NCBI GenBank assembly: GCA_019058275.1
Contig: JAHLVW010000062.1
Span: 192,001 to 256,000, forward strand
Source: Candidatus Heimdallarchaeota archaeon
GTDB lineage: Archaea > Asgardarchaeota > Heimdallarchaeia > JABLTI01
DNA: 64,000 bases
Direction of reading: 5' to 3'
Shown: positions 1 through 11,210 of the stretch, piece after piece
How the letters are laid out: each line of letters begins with the position of its first letter
Numbering within the stretch: the first letter of the stretch is position 1
The notes under the pieces: model-generated
Seen by the model: only the letters and a program-made list of their open reading frames with translations
What the model was told of the DNA's origin: nothing
The model's database searches: none
Translations under genes and position numbers: made by a program

Positions 1-7
1 GTCTGGT

Positions 8-193
8 TTGCCAAATCCCACCTATAAAATATTCAACCATTCATATGAAAGTGACTCAAGATATAAGAAGTTCAATAACGGGATAGCATATTTACCATGT
101 ATTGTTAATATGAGCAAAGATGAAATTATCTATCTAACTAATAAAATTAAGGAATTCTACATTACTTACAAATTAAATGATAAAGAAAAGTAA
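8..193 (+). CDS. 3' end of a gene entering from the left edge; possibly DegT/DnrJ-like PLP aminotransferase C-terminus
   Basis: YLPCIVNMSKDEIIYLTNKIKEF resembles the LP-x-x-x-M-x-x-EI C-terminal helix of DegT-family enzymes; partial only. Confidence 0.3.
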   Translation: MPNPTYKIFNHSYESDSRYKKFNNGIAYLPCIVNMSKDEIIYLTNKIKEFYITYKLNDKEK

Positions 194-1461
194 ACCACAA
201 ATTTCTCTTTCATTAATTTCCTATTTTCAACTAAAGTGATGAATTCTATTGATAGTTTACGAGCTAATTCAAGTGCTTCAGGTTCAACAACATCTACTGT
301 ATCATTTTTTGTATGATACCATCGTTTTACTTCTGGATTATCAATATCCATTGCTTCTAGAGATGCTCCGTTAAAAAATCCTCCTTTAACTATTGCACTT
401 CCATCTGTTGCGCCAAAGGGTAATTCACGATGTGGTAATTCAATACCTACATTTTTCGCTGATTGGACAACCAATTTTACAGTGTCAGAATTATATGTTA
501 CTCCCAATGTTTTTTCTTTGTGAATAACATGTATATCATCACTTTTTGCTATACCATCAAAGTTTAAGAAGAAAAATGGTTTCTTCTCAAGTTCAGTCTT
601 ATGTTTTTTAACCTAATATTTGGCTCCTCTTAATCCTGCTTCTTCAGAACCAAAACCAACCAACAGTATTTTCGTGTGGTTAGGGATCAAATTTTTACTA
701 TTTCCTAGAGTTTCACCTATTCCTTGTAGAATAGCTATACTTGATAAATTATCATTAGCCCCCAATACTGCCCAATTAGTTTTAAAGAAAAATAGCATTG
801 CTGCCATTGGAGCAATTATTGCAGCGATACCAATTCCTATGTAAATAAAAACTGTTCCTGGTACATTGAAAATCCAACTCGAGATAAAATAACTCACTGA
901 AAGAATAATATAAATCACCAATAAAATCAGCAAACCTATTAGAAAATAGTTGAAGGTTCTAGGCATATACAAATTAAAATTGAATTGATATGCGGAATCT
1001 AAATGAGCTGAAAACATTAGTGTCTGTTTCCATTCTTTTTTCGGATTTATTTCTCCAATAACATTAACACTTGTTTTTTTTCGGGAAGAGAAAATCAACA
1101 AATTATGCATAGCGTAGAAATTGCATGTAAAAGATTAACATCGCAAAAATAGCTAGCACAGCAGAGACAATCGGGTAAAACCAATAAATGGGGATTCCGA
1201 TTAAAACAAGTAAAGGTGAAAGGAAAGTAAAACTAAGAAATCCTTTTGGAGCTAATTGAAATTCTTTTTCTCTACCTTATCAGAGTATTTCTCGAATTCT
1301 TCTTTGACAAAATTTGCTGCCTTATGTTCAGCTACACTTCCTGCTTCTCTCGGACCAGCTTCCTCACAGATTTTAACCAAGAATCTATGCATGTTATTCA
1401 TTCGTTCTTCTGGAATTTCTTCCTTCCAAACTCGAGTTGCTAATTCTCTATTTTTTGGCAT
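166..1461 (-). pseudogene. M28 family membrane metallopeptidase, disrupted
   Basis: GPREAGS, SAHLDS, GANDNLS, GSEEAGLRG and WYHT motifs spread over three ORF pieces; frameshift near 1250 and in-frame TAG at 613-615 (AKY*VKKH). Confidence 0.85.
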
Positions 1462-1544
1462 ATCTTTCTTTTAGCATTTTTACTAAAAAACTTATTCCAG
1501 CTATTTGAAACAAAGTTTTTAATTTTTGGAAATAATTGCTCTAT

Positions 1545-2507
1545 ATGTCATTTTATGAAGAGATGAATCCAGCAGATATTACAATTGAGGAAATTGTATC
1601 ATCTGTTAGGAAATTTCTACCAGATATTTCATCTAAATCTATTCGTTTCTTCTATCATGGAAGCTACAATGTTTTTGAAATTGATAAAAAATACATTCTT
1701 CGCATCTCTGATAGAGAATTCCGAAATAATCAAGGTTTGGAAATGTTAAGAAGTGAATCAGAAATTCTAAAATTCCTAAAAAAGAAATTAACTTTAGCTA
1801 TTCCAGAAATTCTTTATCTCCATGACTCAACCAAAATTCCTTTCTCGATTCACCAAAAAATACCTGGAAAATCATTAGTTTTTGTAATTCAAGAACTATC
1901 TTTAGTTCAGAAAAAAAGCATTGGAGCCAAGATAGGTAAATTTCTTTCCAGATTTCATTCAAAGGAATTGAAAGATGAATATCTAAAATGCTTTTCTAAA
2001 TGGAAAGAATTCTTTTCTAGTGATAAAGATTTTTTACGATCTTTTAGAAAGAAATGCTTCACTTGGTTTGAGGAAGCAAAAGAGATTGCTTATCAGTATC
2101 TTAATCAAAACCAACAAGATTGGTTAACAAAGATCTTCGAAGACTATCTAAATAATGATGATAACTTTACTTTTTCTCCAAGGCTTTCACATAATGATTT
2201 TGATACCTCAAATATTTTGATAGATCCTAAATCTGCTAAACTAACAGGAATAATTGATTTCGAGGAATGCAATATATGGGATCCTGCTGTGGATTTGCTT
2301 TTTTTTGATGAAGGACCAGAATTTATAAAGGCTATACTTGATAACTACAAATACTCTAATCAGAAATCTTTAAAAGCTAGAATGAAATTTTTCTATAGCC
2401 AAACATGTACTCCTTACCTTGTTTGGGGAACACAGCACAATAGACCTGGAATGATTGAGGAAGGATTGAAGAGAATTAGAAAAAATATGAAAATGTTTCC
2501 AAAATAA
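1545..2507 (+). CDS. Aminoglycoside phosphotransferase (APH)/choline kinase-like protein
   Basis: HNDFDTSNIL (Brenner motif), GIIDF, DPAVDL. Confidence 0.85.
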   Translation: MSFYEEMNPADITIEEIVSSVRKFLPDISSKSIRFFYHGSYNVFEIDKKYILRISDREFRNNQGLEMLRSESEILKFLKKKLTLAIPEILYLHDSTKIPFSIHQKIPGKSLVFVIQELSLVQKKSIGAKIGKFLSRFHSKELKDEYLKCFSKWKEFFSSDKDFLRSFRKKCFTWFEEAKEIAYQYLNQNQQDWLTKIFEDYLNNDDNFTFSPRLSHNDFDTSNILIDPKSAKLTGIIDFEECNIWDPAVDLLFFDEGPEFIKAILDNYKYSNQKSLKARMKFFYSQTCTPYLVWGTQHNRPGMIEEGLKRIRKNMKMFPK

Positions 2508-2608
2508 AAGAATTATAAATATCAAAAAAGAAATCAATTTATTTATATTGGTATGATGTTTAAATAACTTGAAAAAGCTTTGTTAAAAAAAATCAAGTTG
2601 GTTAAAAA

Positions 2609-3091
2609 TTGACAGAACCGGATACATATTTTGCACCTGCCACAAGATTAGATCAAGGTGATGTTTATCTACAAACAATTAAAATACTTGGATTAAGAAG
2701 TGCAATACAAGTCCTAAATATCTTGCCAAATTTGGTTACTATTTTGAATGTGGAAAGGCAGATAGTTTTCACAAATAAGGCTTTTACAAAATATTTGGAA
2801 ACAAAGAATTTTGATGATGGTCTAGGGTTAAGATCTGGGGAACTTATTGACTGTATTCATGCAAATGATCATATTAATGGATGTGGAACTGGGAAAGATT
2901 GCAAATACTGTGGTGCAGTTCTTACATTATTGAAAAGCCAAGAAACAGGTGTTAAACAAGAAGGCAATGCTAAAATTACTATAAAAAAAGATGGAAAGCA
3001 AATACCTTTAGACTTTCATATTATTGCTAGTCCAATAACCGTTGATAATGAGGTATTTTACATAATTGTTTTAACAGAATATAGTAAGTAA
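2609..3091 (+). CDS. Stand-alone Cys-rich PAS-like sensor protein
   Basis: ILNVERQIVFTN PAS core; GELIDCIHA-x5-CG-x4-C-x2-C cluster. Confidence 0.65.
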   Translation: MTEPDTYFAPATRLDQGDVYLQTIKILGLRSAIQVLNILPNLVTILNVERQIVFTNKAFTKYLETKNFDDGLGLRSGELIDCIHANDHINGCGTGKDCKYCGAVLTLLKSQETGVKQEGNAKITIKKDGKQIPLDFHIIASPITVDNEVFYIIVLTEYSK

Positions 3092-3290
3092 AAGATATTT
3101 CTTGAAAAACAATCTCAAATGTCTATTTTTCATTGTTAATTTCTAAACAAAAAAAATCCCAATTTCCTTTTTAGGATAATAATAATATATCAATTCTTAA
3201 GAAAATTATGTGAAATAACAAATTGTGAATTTGCTTTATTTAGCTATGTTGGATTTATTGCTTAACACAAAGTGGGTTGATTTATTGGAA

Positions 3291-3878
3291 ATGAATATTG
3301 ATGATTCAAATGTTATTAAACTACTAGAAGAAAAAATACAGTTACTTTTGGAGAAAAATAAAATCATTGGTTTATCGATTACACTAATTAATGATGCAAA
3401 GGTTATTTGGGAAAAGGGGTTTGGTTATAAAGATAGAGAAGAGTGTACTAAAGTCACCCCTGAAACTTTATTTGAAGCAGCTTCATTGTCAAAACCAACT
3501 GTAGCATTTCTAACGTTAAAAGCATCAGAAGAAGGAAAACTAAATCTCGATACACCAATGATTGATTACTTGTCGAAACCATATTTAGAAAATCAACCAT
3601 TACAGTAGCAAATAACTGCTCGACATGTATTAACTCACACAACTGGATTTCCAAATTGGGGTGAAGTGAGAGGATCTCCTAAAATATTTTTTACTCCAGG
3701 TGAAAGATTTTCCTATTCTGGTGAGGGATTTATGTACTTGCAAAAAATTCTTGAGAGTATTTATGGAAAATCTCTAGAAGTACTTTCACAAGAAAAACTA
3801 TTCAAACATTTGGGTTTAACAAATGCAAGTTTCATTTGGAGTAATGATATTGAACAATTGTCTGCTCAAGATTATTTA
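3291..3878 (+). pseudogene. Serine hydrolase (beta-lactamase/AmpC-like), 5' part
   Basis: FEAASLSK (SxxK), in-frame TAG at 3606-3608 followed by QITARHVLTHTTGFPNW, FSYSGEG; ends at the left direct repeat. Confidence 0.9.
3849..3878 (+). repeat. 30-bp direct repeat, left copy (attgaacaattgtctgctcaagattattta)
   Basis: 29/30 identical to 6441-6470. Confidence 0.95.
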
Positions 3879-6440
3879 GTTTATTGATTTAATCTGGTGA
3901 GTAATAGATTAATATTAAATTTGTAACATTTTTCAACAAGAAATCTTTTGAATCCCATTCTTTCATTTATTGAAAGCATGGGCATATTACTATCAGCATT
4001 CCCAGTATTTACTATTCGCACTTCAGGAAAATTCTCTCGGAGGTAAAGTAACATTGCAGCTTTCAACCATTTCCCTAATCCTCTACCGCGATAATTTAGA
4101 CCAACTCCAGTAAGATCTTGTTCAACAAGATATGGTTCATCATGAGAATACTGCATATCTGTTAAGCCACTAATCGCGCCATTAGCTTCTTGGGTAATCA
4201 TAGTAAAACATCTAATACCTCTTTCTTTGAAATGTTTCTCCTTTAATCTCAAAGACTCTACTGTTTCTATTCTTCTTTCTTCAAGACCTTCAAGAGGAAC
4301 CAAGTTCATTATTTCAGTGTAAAAATCTGCATAAGATTTTACTATTTCCTCTGGTATTTCTTCAAAAAACAACAACTTGACATTGTTCTTTTTAGCAATC
4401 TTTTCTCCTTCCTTAACCCAGTTCTTCATAAGCTCCCAATCTACATCCTCAAATTTTAATCTGTTTTGTGCACCTTCAAGTGCGAGTTCACCATTGAAAT
4501 ATTCACAAAATGCCCAACCCGCTTCCATAAAACTAAAGGTTTGGAGTGTAGTTAAATTCTTTAAAGTAACCGCTTTGGTTACAAGTTTTTTCAATAATTG
4601 AGTTCCGTATGTTTTTCTTCGATGTTCTTTAGCAATATCTAACCAAAACCAAGCATAACGCTTATTTTCTTCAAAGGCAGGATTTTTTTCATTAGCAACA
4701 TAGAAAAGTGCTCCTCCTATGACTTTTTCTTCTGTTTCTGTTTGCTGAATCATTAACCAATAATAATAATCGAGTAATGGATAATCTGAAAGAAGGACTT
4801 TTTTTCGCGAAACTCTTGAGTATTTTGGATCTTCATCTGGAAAATTTTCTTTATGTATTCCATCAAGTAAATCCAAATAAGAGTTTAGGAGATCTTCCGA
4901 GATTCTCTTAGGATCAAATTCAATAATTTTATTACTTGTTTCCATGTAATATCGCCTTACTCTCTTTTGTTGGAAGATATAAAAGATATAAAATATAGTA
5001 TTGTGTTTGATATTTAATGTAAATTGTAAGATGAGAAAAGTATGCATGGACTTGTTTCAAGCATTTCTTATTCACAGCTATTATCAAATTATCACAGAAC
5101 ATAATTATAATATCTCTCTTCCTTTTTTGACAATAACGACTCGTTTATAAGGAAAAAACGTGGATGTATAATTATTATAGAGGGATTTGATTTATGATTA
5201 AACTGAGAAATGGGTTTTCCATTATTTTATTTATAATGTTACTTTTACCATTGAGTTCTTTGTTACCAGTTGTAGAATCGGCAACAGATGAACCAGTGAT
5301 TCAAGTACTATACCATCTGCAATAGATGATGCCTACGAAGATGATGATAGTTTTGCAACAGCTAGTGGTATAACACTTAATAGCATGCAATTACGATCAA
5401 TTTATCCTATCGCTGATCCTGACTTCATTGTATTTGAATTAGATACTTTTTATGATGTAGTGATAGCAACTAATACCACAGTCGGTGATACACGAATGTG
5501 GTTGTATGATTATCATCTCACACCAATTATGTTTGATGATAATACTGGTGAATGATCTAAATGCTTCAATTTCTATTGATTTCTTAAAACTAGGATTTTA
5601 CTTTATTAAAATCGAAGAAACAGGAAATGATGCAGAAATCGATGATTATTCAATAATGGTAACAGCCACAGAAGTTTATGATCCATGAACCTGGTGAATA
5701 TGGTGGCGTTACAAACATTGGTTTCAATTCTAGCATCACAAAGAGTATTAATCCAGCAGATGATTGGGATTTCTTTACATTCACAATAGCTACACAATAC
5801 AATATTACAGTGGAAACTTTTGGAACATCAGGGGATACTGTAATTGATCTTCGAACCGTTATTGATGAAGATGCAACGATAATAGATTACAATGATGATA
5901 AAGGAGGAGGGGACACATTCTCAAAACTTACTTTTACGAATTTAGCTCCTGGAACATATTATGTTAAAGTTTATGGGTGGAATAATAACTATTTATGTAA
6001 AAATTACACCTTGTATTTAACAGCATCTAGTAGCGCTGTTTCAGATACTACTGCTCCTGTAATTACAGCTATTACTCCTACTTTTAGTGAATCATATGGT
6101 CCTTACGGAGCAAATATTGATGTTACAAGTTATGATGCTTATGGAATTGAAGAAGTGAAATTATTCTATCGAGTTAATTATGGCAGTTGGAGTAATTATT
6201 CAATGTGGAAAGAATCCTATAATCACTATCTTGCTGCAATTGGTCATTTCGCTGAAGGTGATTTCGTTCAGTATTACTTCACTGCTGAGGATAGCTCTTC
6301 AAATCATAATGAAAGAATCAGTAACAATGGTGGATTATATTACAATTTTACTGTGCTTCATAATGATTTTACTGTTCCAATAATAACAAACGTTGATCAT
6401 AATCCTGTTGCACCAAATGAAACAGAATCAGTTGTTTTTA
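3879..6440. mobile_element. 2.56-kb insertion bounded by 30-bp direct repeats, no mobility gene
   Basis: Interrupts the serine hydrolase, whose reading resumes IEQLSAQGYLRDG at 6441; carries a GNAT gene and a truncated surface-protein gene. Confidence 0.6.
3881..4945 (-). CDS. Tandem-domain GNAT acetyltransferase
   Basis: HRRKTYGTQL and TGVGLNYRGRGLGKWLK acetyl-CoA motifs, NMPMLSINERMGF; probable start METS at 4945. Confidence 0.85.
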   Translation of the reverse strand: METSNKIIEFDPKRISEDLLNSYLDLLDGIHKENFPDEDPKYSRVSRKKVLLSDYPLLDYYYWLMIQQTETEEKVIGGALFYVANEKNPAFEENKRYAWFWLDIAKEHRRKTYGTQLLKKLVTKAVTLKNLTTLQTFSFMEAGWAFCEYFNGELALEGAQNRLKFEDVDWELMKNWVKEGEKIAKKNNVKLLFFEEIPEEIVKSYADFYTEIMNLVPLEGLEERRIETVESLRLKEKHFKERGIRCFTMITQEANGAISGLTDMQYSHDEPYLVEQDLTGVGLNYRGRGLGKWLKAAMLLYLRENFPEVRIVNTGNADSNMPMLSINERMGFKRFLVEKCYKFNINLLLTRLNQ

Positions 6441-6445
6441 ATTGA
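5194..6445 (+). pseudogene. Secreted surface protein with PPC (pre-peptidase C-terminal) and Ig-like repeats; frameshifted and 3'-truncated
   Basis: Signal peptide MIKLRNGFSIIFIIMLLL; DDAYEDDD, DWDFFTF, GDTVIDL, NDDKG, PGTYYVKV motifs; DTTAPVI repeat; cut at the right direct repeat. Confidence 0.75.
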
Positions 6446-6470
6446 ACAATTGTCTGCTCAAGGTTATTTA
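6441..6470 (+). repeat. 30-bp direct repeat, right copy (attgaacaattgtctgctcaaggttattta)
   Basis: 29/30 identical to 3849-3878. Confidence 0.95.
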
Positions 6471-6946
6471 CGTGATGGTACAATTAAGAAATGGAAACCT
6501 TTGGAATCTTCTGCTGCAGGTTCTTTACATATATCCGCCACTGGATATGCTCAATTCATAATTAGCTTAATAGAAAATAATTATAAAATGGCTACCAATT
6601 ATCAACGAAATCTCTTGCTGATATGTTCAAACCATGGGTTCCTGTTAGTGATGCTGGATTGGGTAACAAGCATGCTATTCCTAAATCAAAAATTAACGAA
6701 AGTGACTCTGTTTTCTGGGGATTGGGATGGGGTTTAGAGAAAACAAAAGATGGATCAAACTTCTGGCATTGGGGAAATAATGGTAGCTTCCAGAATCTAG
6801 TATTTGCAAACATAGAAGAGAAATCGGGATTTATTTTAATGAACAATTATGAAAGGACTCCATTTGTTTGGGAAGAGATATTGAAAATCGCTTTTGGTAC
6901 AGAACATCCTGGGTTTGATTGGTTAATGTCATTTTATTATGATTAG
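6441..6946 (+). pseudogene. Serine hydrolase, 3' part (frameshift near 6590)
   Basis: SAAGSLHISA, WGLGW, WHWGNNGSF, GFILMNN. Confidence 0.85.
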
Positions 6947-7020
6947 AATAAGAGATATTGTATTTTAATATCGTAATTTTAAAGAAAAGATATTAATTAA
7001 CAAACAATCAATTCATAATT

Positions 7021-7812
7021 ATGCATACTGAAGTTCTACAAATTTCTTTATTAACTGCTTATGGAAAAGCTTACATTGAAGGCAAAGATGTTTCTTTTGA
7101 AAAAAATCATCCTGGTGCTTATAATCATCGAAATATCCGATTTGTTGCAAAACTTCCCCAAGAACAATTGATAAAAAAAGACATCATAGCAGAAAATCCT
7201 AATGATTGGTTTAAGTACCTTAAAAAAGAGAAATTCATACGATTGCATTTAACCTATCAACCTTCAGCGTATATAAGCTCTAAAGCTCGTCTCAAATCAG
7301 TTTCCGATAACAAAGGTAGTCATTGGCATATTATCGCTGAGAAAGAAGAGAAATGTGATATCTGGAAATCAAAATGGCAATCTGAATCTGGAGAACTAAT
7401 GTCTTACTATTTTTTAATGATTAAAGATTTGGATTTAGGAAGTGTAAACTTTCCAACAATAGAAACAACAAAACTCTATCTAAAGGAGATTTTAAATGAC
7501 TTAGTTGAATTTACCAAGAAGAATGAACTGACCAATTGGATTGAAGTTTTCCAAAATGCCTTAAATTATCTAAGTATTGAGAATCCATCAAAATTAATAG
7601 AAGATGATTACCTTCCTACTGGTTGTTATAGTTTGGAAGCAAAGCAAATACTTGCAGCTTGTGATCAAGCGTGGGTATTTGGTGGTATAGGTTCCTGGAA
7701 TGATGTTGTCCATGTCCATGATTATGATCTATACCGTCGGCTTACTGCTAATCTTTATGACACTCTTTGTAATAGCATTGTTTCTGCGATAAATAGCTAT
7801 CCTGATAAATAA
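7021..7812 (+). CDS. Conserved hypothetical protein
   Basis: Intact 263-aa ORF with WVFGGIGSWND motif. Confidence 0.7.
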   Translation: MHTEVLQISLLTAYGKAYIEGKDVSFEKNHPGAYNHRNIRFVAKLPQEQLIKKDIIAENPNDWFKYLKKEKFIRLHLTYQPSAYISSKARLKSVSDNKGSHWHIIAEKEEKCDIWKSKWQSESGELMSYYFLMIKDLDLGSVNFPTIETTKLYLKEILNDLVEFTKKNELTNWIEVFQNALNYLSIENPSKLIEDDYLPTGCYSLEAKQILAACDQAWVFGGIGSWNDVVHVHDYDLYRRLTANLYDTLCNSIVSAINSYPDK

Positions 7813-7995
7813 GTCATACTTCGTTAGAAGCTATCTGAATCCAATTCCATTAAATAGTGCAAAAAATTTCATTCATTAATCTAGCAGCTTTCCTACATTT
7901 TTTTATATTGATTACTGTTTTTCATCATTTTCTTTATTTTAGTCTATTAAATTGATCATGAAAAATCTATTAAAAGAATTTGAATATTTTAATTT

Positions 7996-8610
7996 ATGAG
8001 TATTTGTGTCTGGCTTAATTTTACATTTTTAGTCTTATCAATGATTATATTTACTGCGTTATATTCAATTAGCCTTATGCCTGCAACTCGAAGCAAGAAG
8101 AGAGGAGAGAGAGTCTGGAAGGAAAGCAAAATTTATCGTATTATTGCTTCTATATTTGAAATCATTTTCACTACTTGTTTGATCTTTTGGTATTGGCTTC
8201 CTATACCTACTGTTGCTTGGAAAATATTCGTTACTAGATGGTGGATTGGATTGATTATTTTTTCAGTGATTTTTATTCCAGGATTAATTATTGTTCTTAA
8301 AGGAGTCAAAGATGCAGGTAGTGAAACACTTTCACCTTCAGAAGAAACAAAAATATATGGAGGTATTTACAAAAAGATCAGACATCCACAGACACTTGGA
8401 GAGATGCCTATGTTTGTAGCACTTGCTTTTGCTTTAAATTCCTGGTTTCTAGTCATTTTTACATCTATTTTTATTATACTATATACTCCGCTCACTCTTT
8501 ATCTTGAAGAAAAAGATCTTGTCATACGATTTGGTGAAGATTATTGTCAATATAAGAAAGAGCTAGGAGTTCTTTTGCCAAAATTGAGGAAAAGAAAGAA
8601 TGATAATTAG
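7996..8610 (+). CDS. Isoprenylcysteine carboxyl methyltransferase/PEMT family membrane protein
   Basis: Multiple TM helices, GIYKKIRHPQ, EEKDLVIRFGEDY. Confidence 0.85.
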   Translation: MSICVWLNFTFLVLSMIIFTALYSISLMPATRSKKRGERVWKESKIYRIIASIFEIIFTTCLIFWYWLPIPTVAWKIFVTRWWIGLIIFSVIFIPGLIIVLKGVKDAGSETLSPSEETKIYGGIYKKIRHPQTLGEMPMFVALAFALNSWFLVIFTSIFIILYTPLTLYLEEKDLVIRFGEDYCQYKKELGVLLPKLRKRKNDN

Positions 8611-8616
8611 TGCTTC

Positions 8617-9231
8617 TCAACTTGAGCATGTTAGATCTCTTGCAAAGGTAAAAGTAAATCTATTTTTGTTCACTAGCTCAAGACCATATTTTTTATAGAA
8701 GTTTATACCAAGATTATTCTTTGCTCCAACTTCCAAATGGTAACCAATTACATTATTATTTATAAGATGAGATTCAAGCGTTTGCATTAATCTATGACCA
8801 ATACCTTGTCGTTGATATTCAAGTAGAATATTAATATGGAGGTGTGCCGGATATCTTTTCAATAGATTTCTTTGTTTTTTAGAAGTAGGTTTGTTTATGA
8901 TAAAGTGAGCAATAATGCGAGTTTTTAATGATTTTATTTTTATTTCTTTAATTCTGTTTTTAATCAAAGTGGCTGTTGTTTTCTTAAAATCCTCTTCTTG
9001 TTTCTTTGTATCGAGGGTACTCAGAATATAACCAATCACTTTTTTTGTTTTAGTATCAAAGGCTACAAAAGAGTTATTCGTTTCATACCAAACATAGTAT
9101 AAACACCAAAATAAGCTGAAGAGATAGGGATCTGGAAACACTTCTTTTAAGAATAAATCGCCTGTTATAAAACAAATATCGATTAATGACTTTTCATCCT
9201 TTTTATCTAATTTCCTGATTTTGATAGTCAA
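8617..9231 (-). CDS. GNAT family acetyltransferase
   Basis: YPAHLHINILLEYQRQGIG, HLEV-x3-N-x4-FYKKYG. Confidence 0.85.
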   Translation of the reverse strand: MTIKIRKLDKKDEKSLIDICFITGDLFLKEVFPDPYLFSLFWCLYYVWYETNNSFVAFDTKTKKVIGYILSTLDTKKQEEDFKKTTATLIKNRIKEIKIKSLKTRIIAHFIINKPTSKKQRNLLKRYPAHLHINILLEYQRQGIGHRLMQTLESHLINNNVIGYHLEVGAKNNLGINFYKKYGLELVNKNRFTFTFARDLTCSS

Positions 9232-9276
9232 TTAACTGGACTCCTATTTTTAATATTTAGTTCAAATTTCTACTAA

Positions 9277-9789
9277 TCATTTATCTAACTCTATGATCTG
9301 GATATGTTTAGGTGTGCTTGGTATATTCTTTAATTCTTCTTTCAAAATATCTGGTTTGATTACAATATCATCAAGTTCAGATGGTAGAAACCAGCGAAAA
9401 ATTAAGGTTATTTCTCCATACTTCTTTACCCAGGATTCTTCTTTTTCTACTCCATAAAATTCATCCTGTTTTAATTTATCTGCTGAATTTAATGGAGAAA
9501 CCAGGTAAATTAATTCCATTCCATGATGTCTCTCATTATCATATTCAAATAAATTCTCCAATACCCAAAGAAGTCTTTCAATAGTTATATCAACACCAAT
9601 TTCCTCTCGAAATTCTCTTTTCAATGCTTGATCAGAAGTCTCATATAATTGTATGCCACAACCAGGTATTACATAAAAATCATCAATGTTGGATGTATGC
9701 AGAAGAAGCTTTTCTCCTTCCATTATTAAACCACCTGCTCGAAAACCAATATTCTTTATTTCAGTGCTAAATTCTGTCAAAGCTATCAT
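9277..9789 (-). CDS. NUDIX hydrolase
   Basis: Nudix box G-x5-E-x7-REFREEIG. Confidence 0.85.
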   Translation of the reverse strand: MIALTEFSTEIKNIGFRAGGLIMEGEKLLLHTSNIDDFYVIPGCGIQLYETSDQALKREFREEIGVDITIERLLWVLENLFEYDNERHHGMELIYLVSPLNSADKLKQDEFYGVEKEESWVKKYGEITLIFRWFLPSELDDIVIKPDILKEELKNIPSTPKHIQIIELDK

Positions 9790-9860
9790 TTTTTATTTTT
9801 CTAGCTCTTCTTATAGATTTTTTGCTGTTATTTTATTGTGAAACTTTTTTTATCTAAAAC

Positions 9861-10526
9861 ATGTACTGTCTAGATATGGTAGAAATTTCACACTATTCAA
9901 AGGAAGTTGTAAATATCTGTCGAAAGATATACAATAATCAATTAGTGAAACAAGGAGAAGGGAATGTTTCAATTAGAATTCCTAATCAAAATGCTATGAT
10001 TATTACACCATCAGAAAATGATTATGAAAATCTTTCAGAAGATAATATGATCCATATGGATTTTGATGGAGTAGTTTTACAAGGAAAATTGAAACCTTCT
10101 AGCGAACATATCATGCATTGTTACATTTACAGAAAAAGACCAAAAGTAAATTGTATAATTCACACACATTCACCAAATGTTTCTATCCTATCCGTTTTGC
10201 ACAATGATTTACCCGTAATATTTGAAGAAATGGCTATGCTTTTAGGTGGCAGTGTGAAATGTTCAAAATTTGCTCAAGCAGGTACTGAAGAGTTGCCTAA
10301 AGTTGCAATAAAAGCTATGAAAAAACAGAACACAGTTATACTAGCAAATCATGGGTTGTTAGTTGTAGGTCGTACGAGTGAATATTGTGTTAAAACTGCT
10401 GTGATCATTGAAAAAATGGTAAATATCTTTCTTAATGCTAAAAAAATTGGAGATGTAAAAGTAATTTCCACTGATAATCAAAAGAAATTTATTGAAATTT
10501 TTGATGCCAGATACTCTACATATTGA
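9861..10526 (+). CDS. Class II aldolase/adducin family (FucA-like)
   Basis: EGNVS, PSSE-x2-MH, IHTHS, LANHG. Confidence 0.9.
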   Translation: MYCLDMVEISHYSKEVVNICRKIYNNQLVKQGEGNVSIRIPNQNAMIITPSENDYENLSEDNMIHMDFDGVVLQGKLKPSSEHIMHCYIYRKRPKVNCIIHTHSPNVSILSVLHNDLPVIFEEMAMLLGGSVKCSKFAQAGTEELPKVAIKAMKKQNTVILANHGLLVVGRTSEYCVKTAVIIEKMVNIFLNAKKIGDVKVISTDNQKKFIEIFDARYSTY

Positions 10527-10546
10527 ATAGAATTTGATTCCCATAA

Positions 10547-11155
10547 TTGGAAAAGATATTAATTCACATTAAACAATTGAATATCACAAATGATTATATC
10601 AACTTAAATGCTACTTTGGTGGTGAATACACTGCAAGTTTATCACTATATTCTAATTGGAATAGCTGTAATATGGTTCATTGTTATTGTTTCTGTATCTT
10701 GGTCAATCATTAAAGGAGCACCATATTCACCTACGAGAATGGAAAAGGTTCACAATATGCTCAAATTAACTAATTTAAAATCCGGAGAATTAATTTATGA
10801 TCTTGGTTGTGGTGATGGTCGGATATTAATTACTGCTGCACGTCATTTTAATGCTCAAGCTGTTGGTATTGAAATTGATCCTTTCAGATATCTATGGTGT
10901 CAATTTCTTATATCCATTTTAAGATTAAGAAAGAAAGTACGTGTCCTTTATGGTAATCTTTTTACCTTGGATATAAGTGAAGCAGATGTTGTTGTTTGTT
11001 ATTTACTTCAAAAAACAAATGATAAATTGGAAGATAAGCTTAAAGAGGAGTTACAATCTAATTCAAGAATTGTATCAAATAAATTCCTTTTCTCTAGTTT
11101 AACAGCAATACACAAAGATAGTGATCAAGGAATATATGTTTACAAAATTGATTAA
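10547..11155 (+). CDS. Class I SAM-dependent methyltransferase with N-terminal TM (paralog 1; true start may be ~10621)
   Basis: GAPYSPT, YDLGCGDGRI, GIEID. Confidence 0.85.
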   Translation: MEKILIHIKQLNITNDYINLNATLVVNTLQVYHYILIGIAVIWFIVIVSVSWSIIKGAPYSPTRMEKVHNMLKLTNLKSGELIYDLGCGDGRILITAARHFNAQAVGIEIDPFRYLWCQFLISILRLRKKVRVLYGNLFTLDISEADVVVCYLLQKTNDKLEDKLKEELQSNSRIVSNKFLFSSLTAIHKDSDQGIYVYKID

Positions 11156-11210
11156 CTACCCTTATTGATACTATTAATTTAAAATCGTCAATACTAGTAA
11201 AATTCATTAG

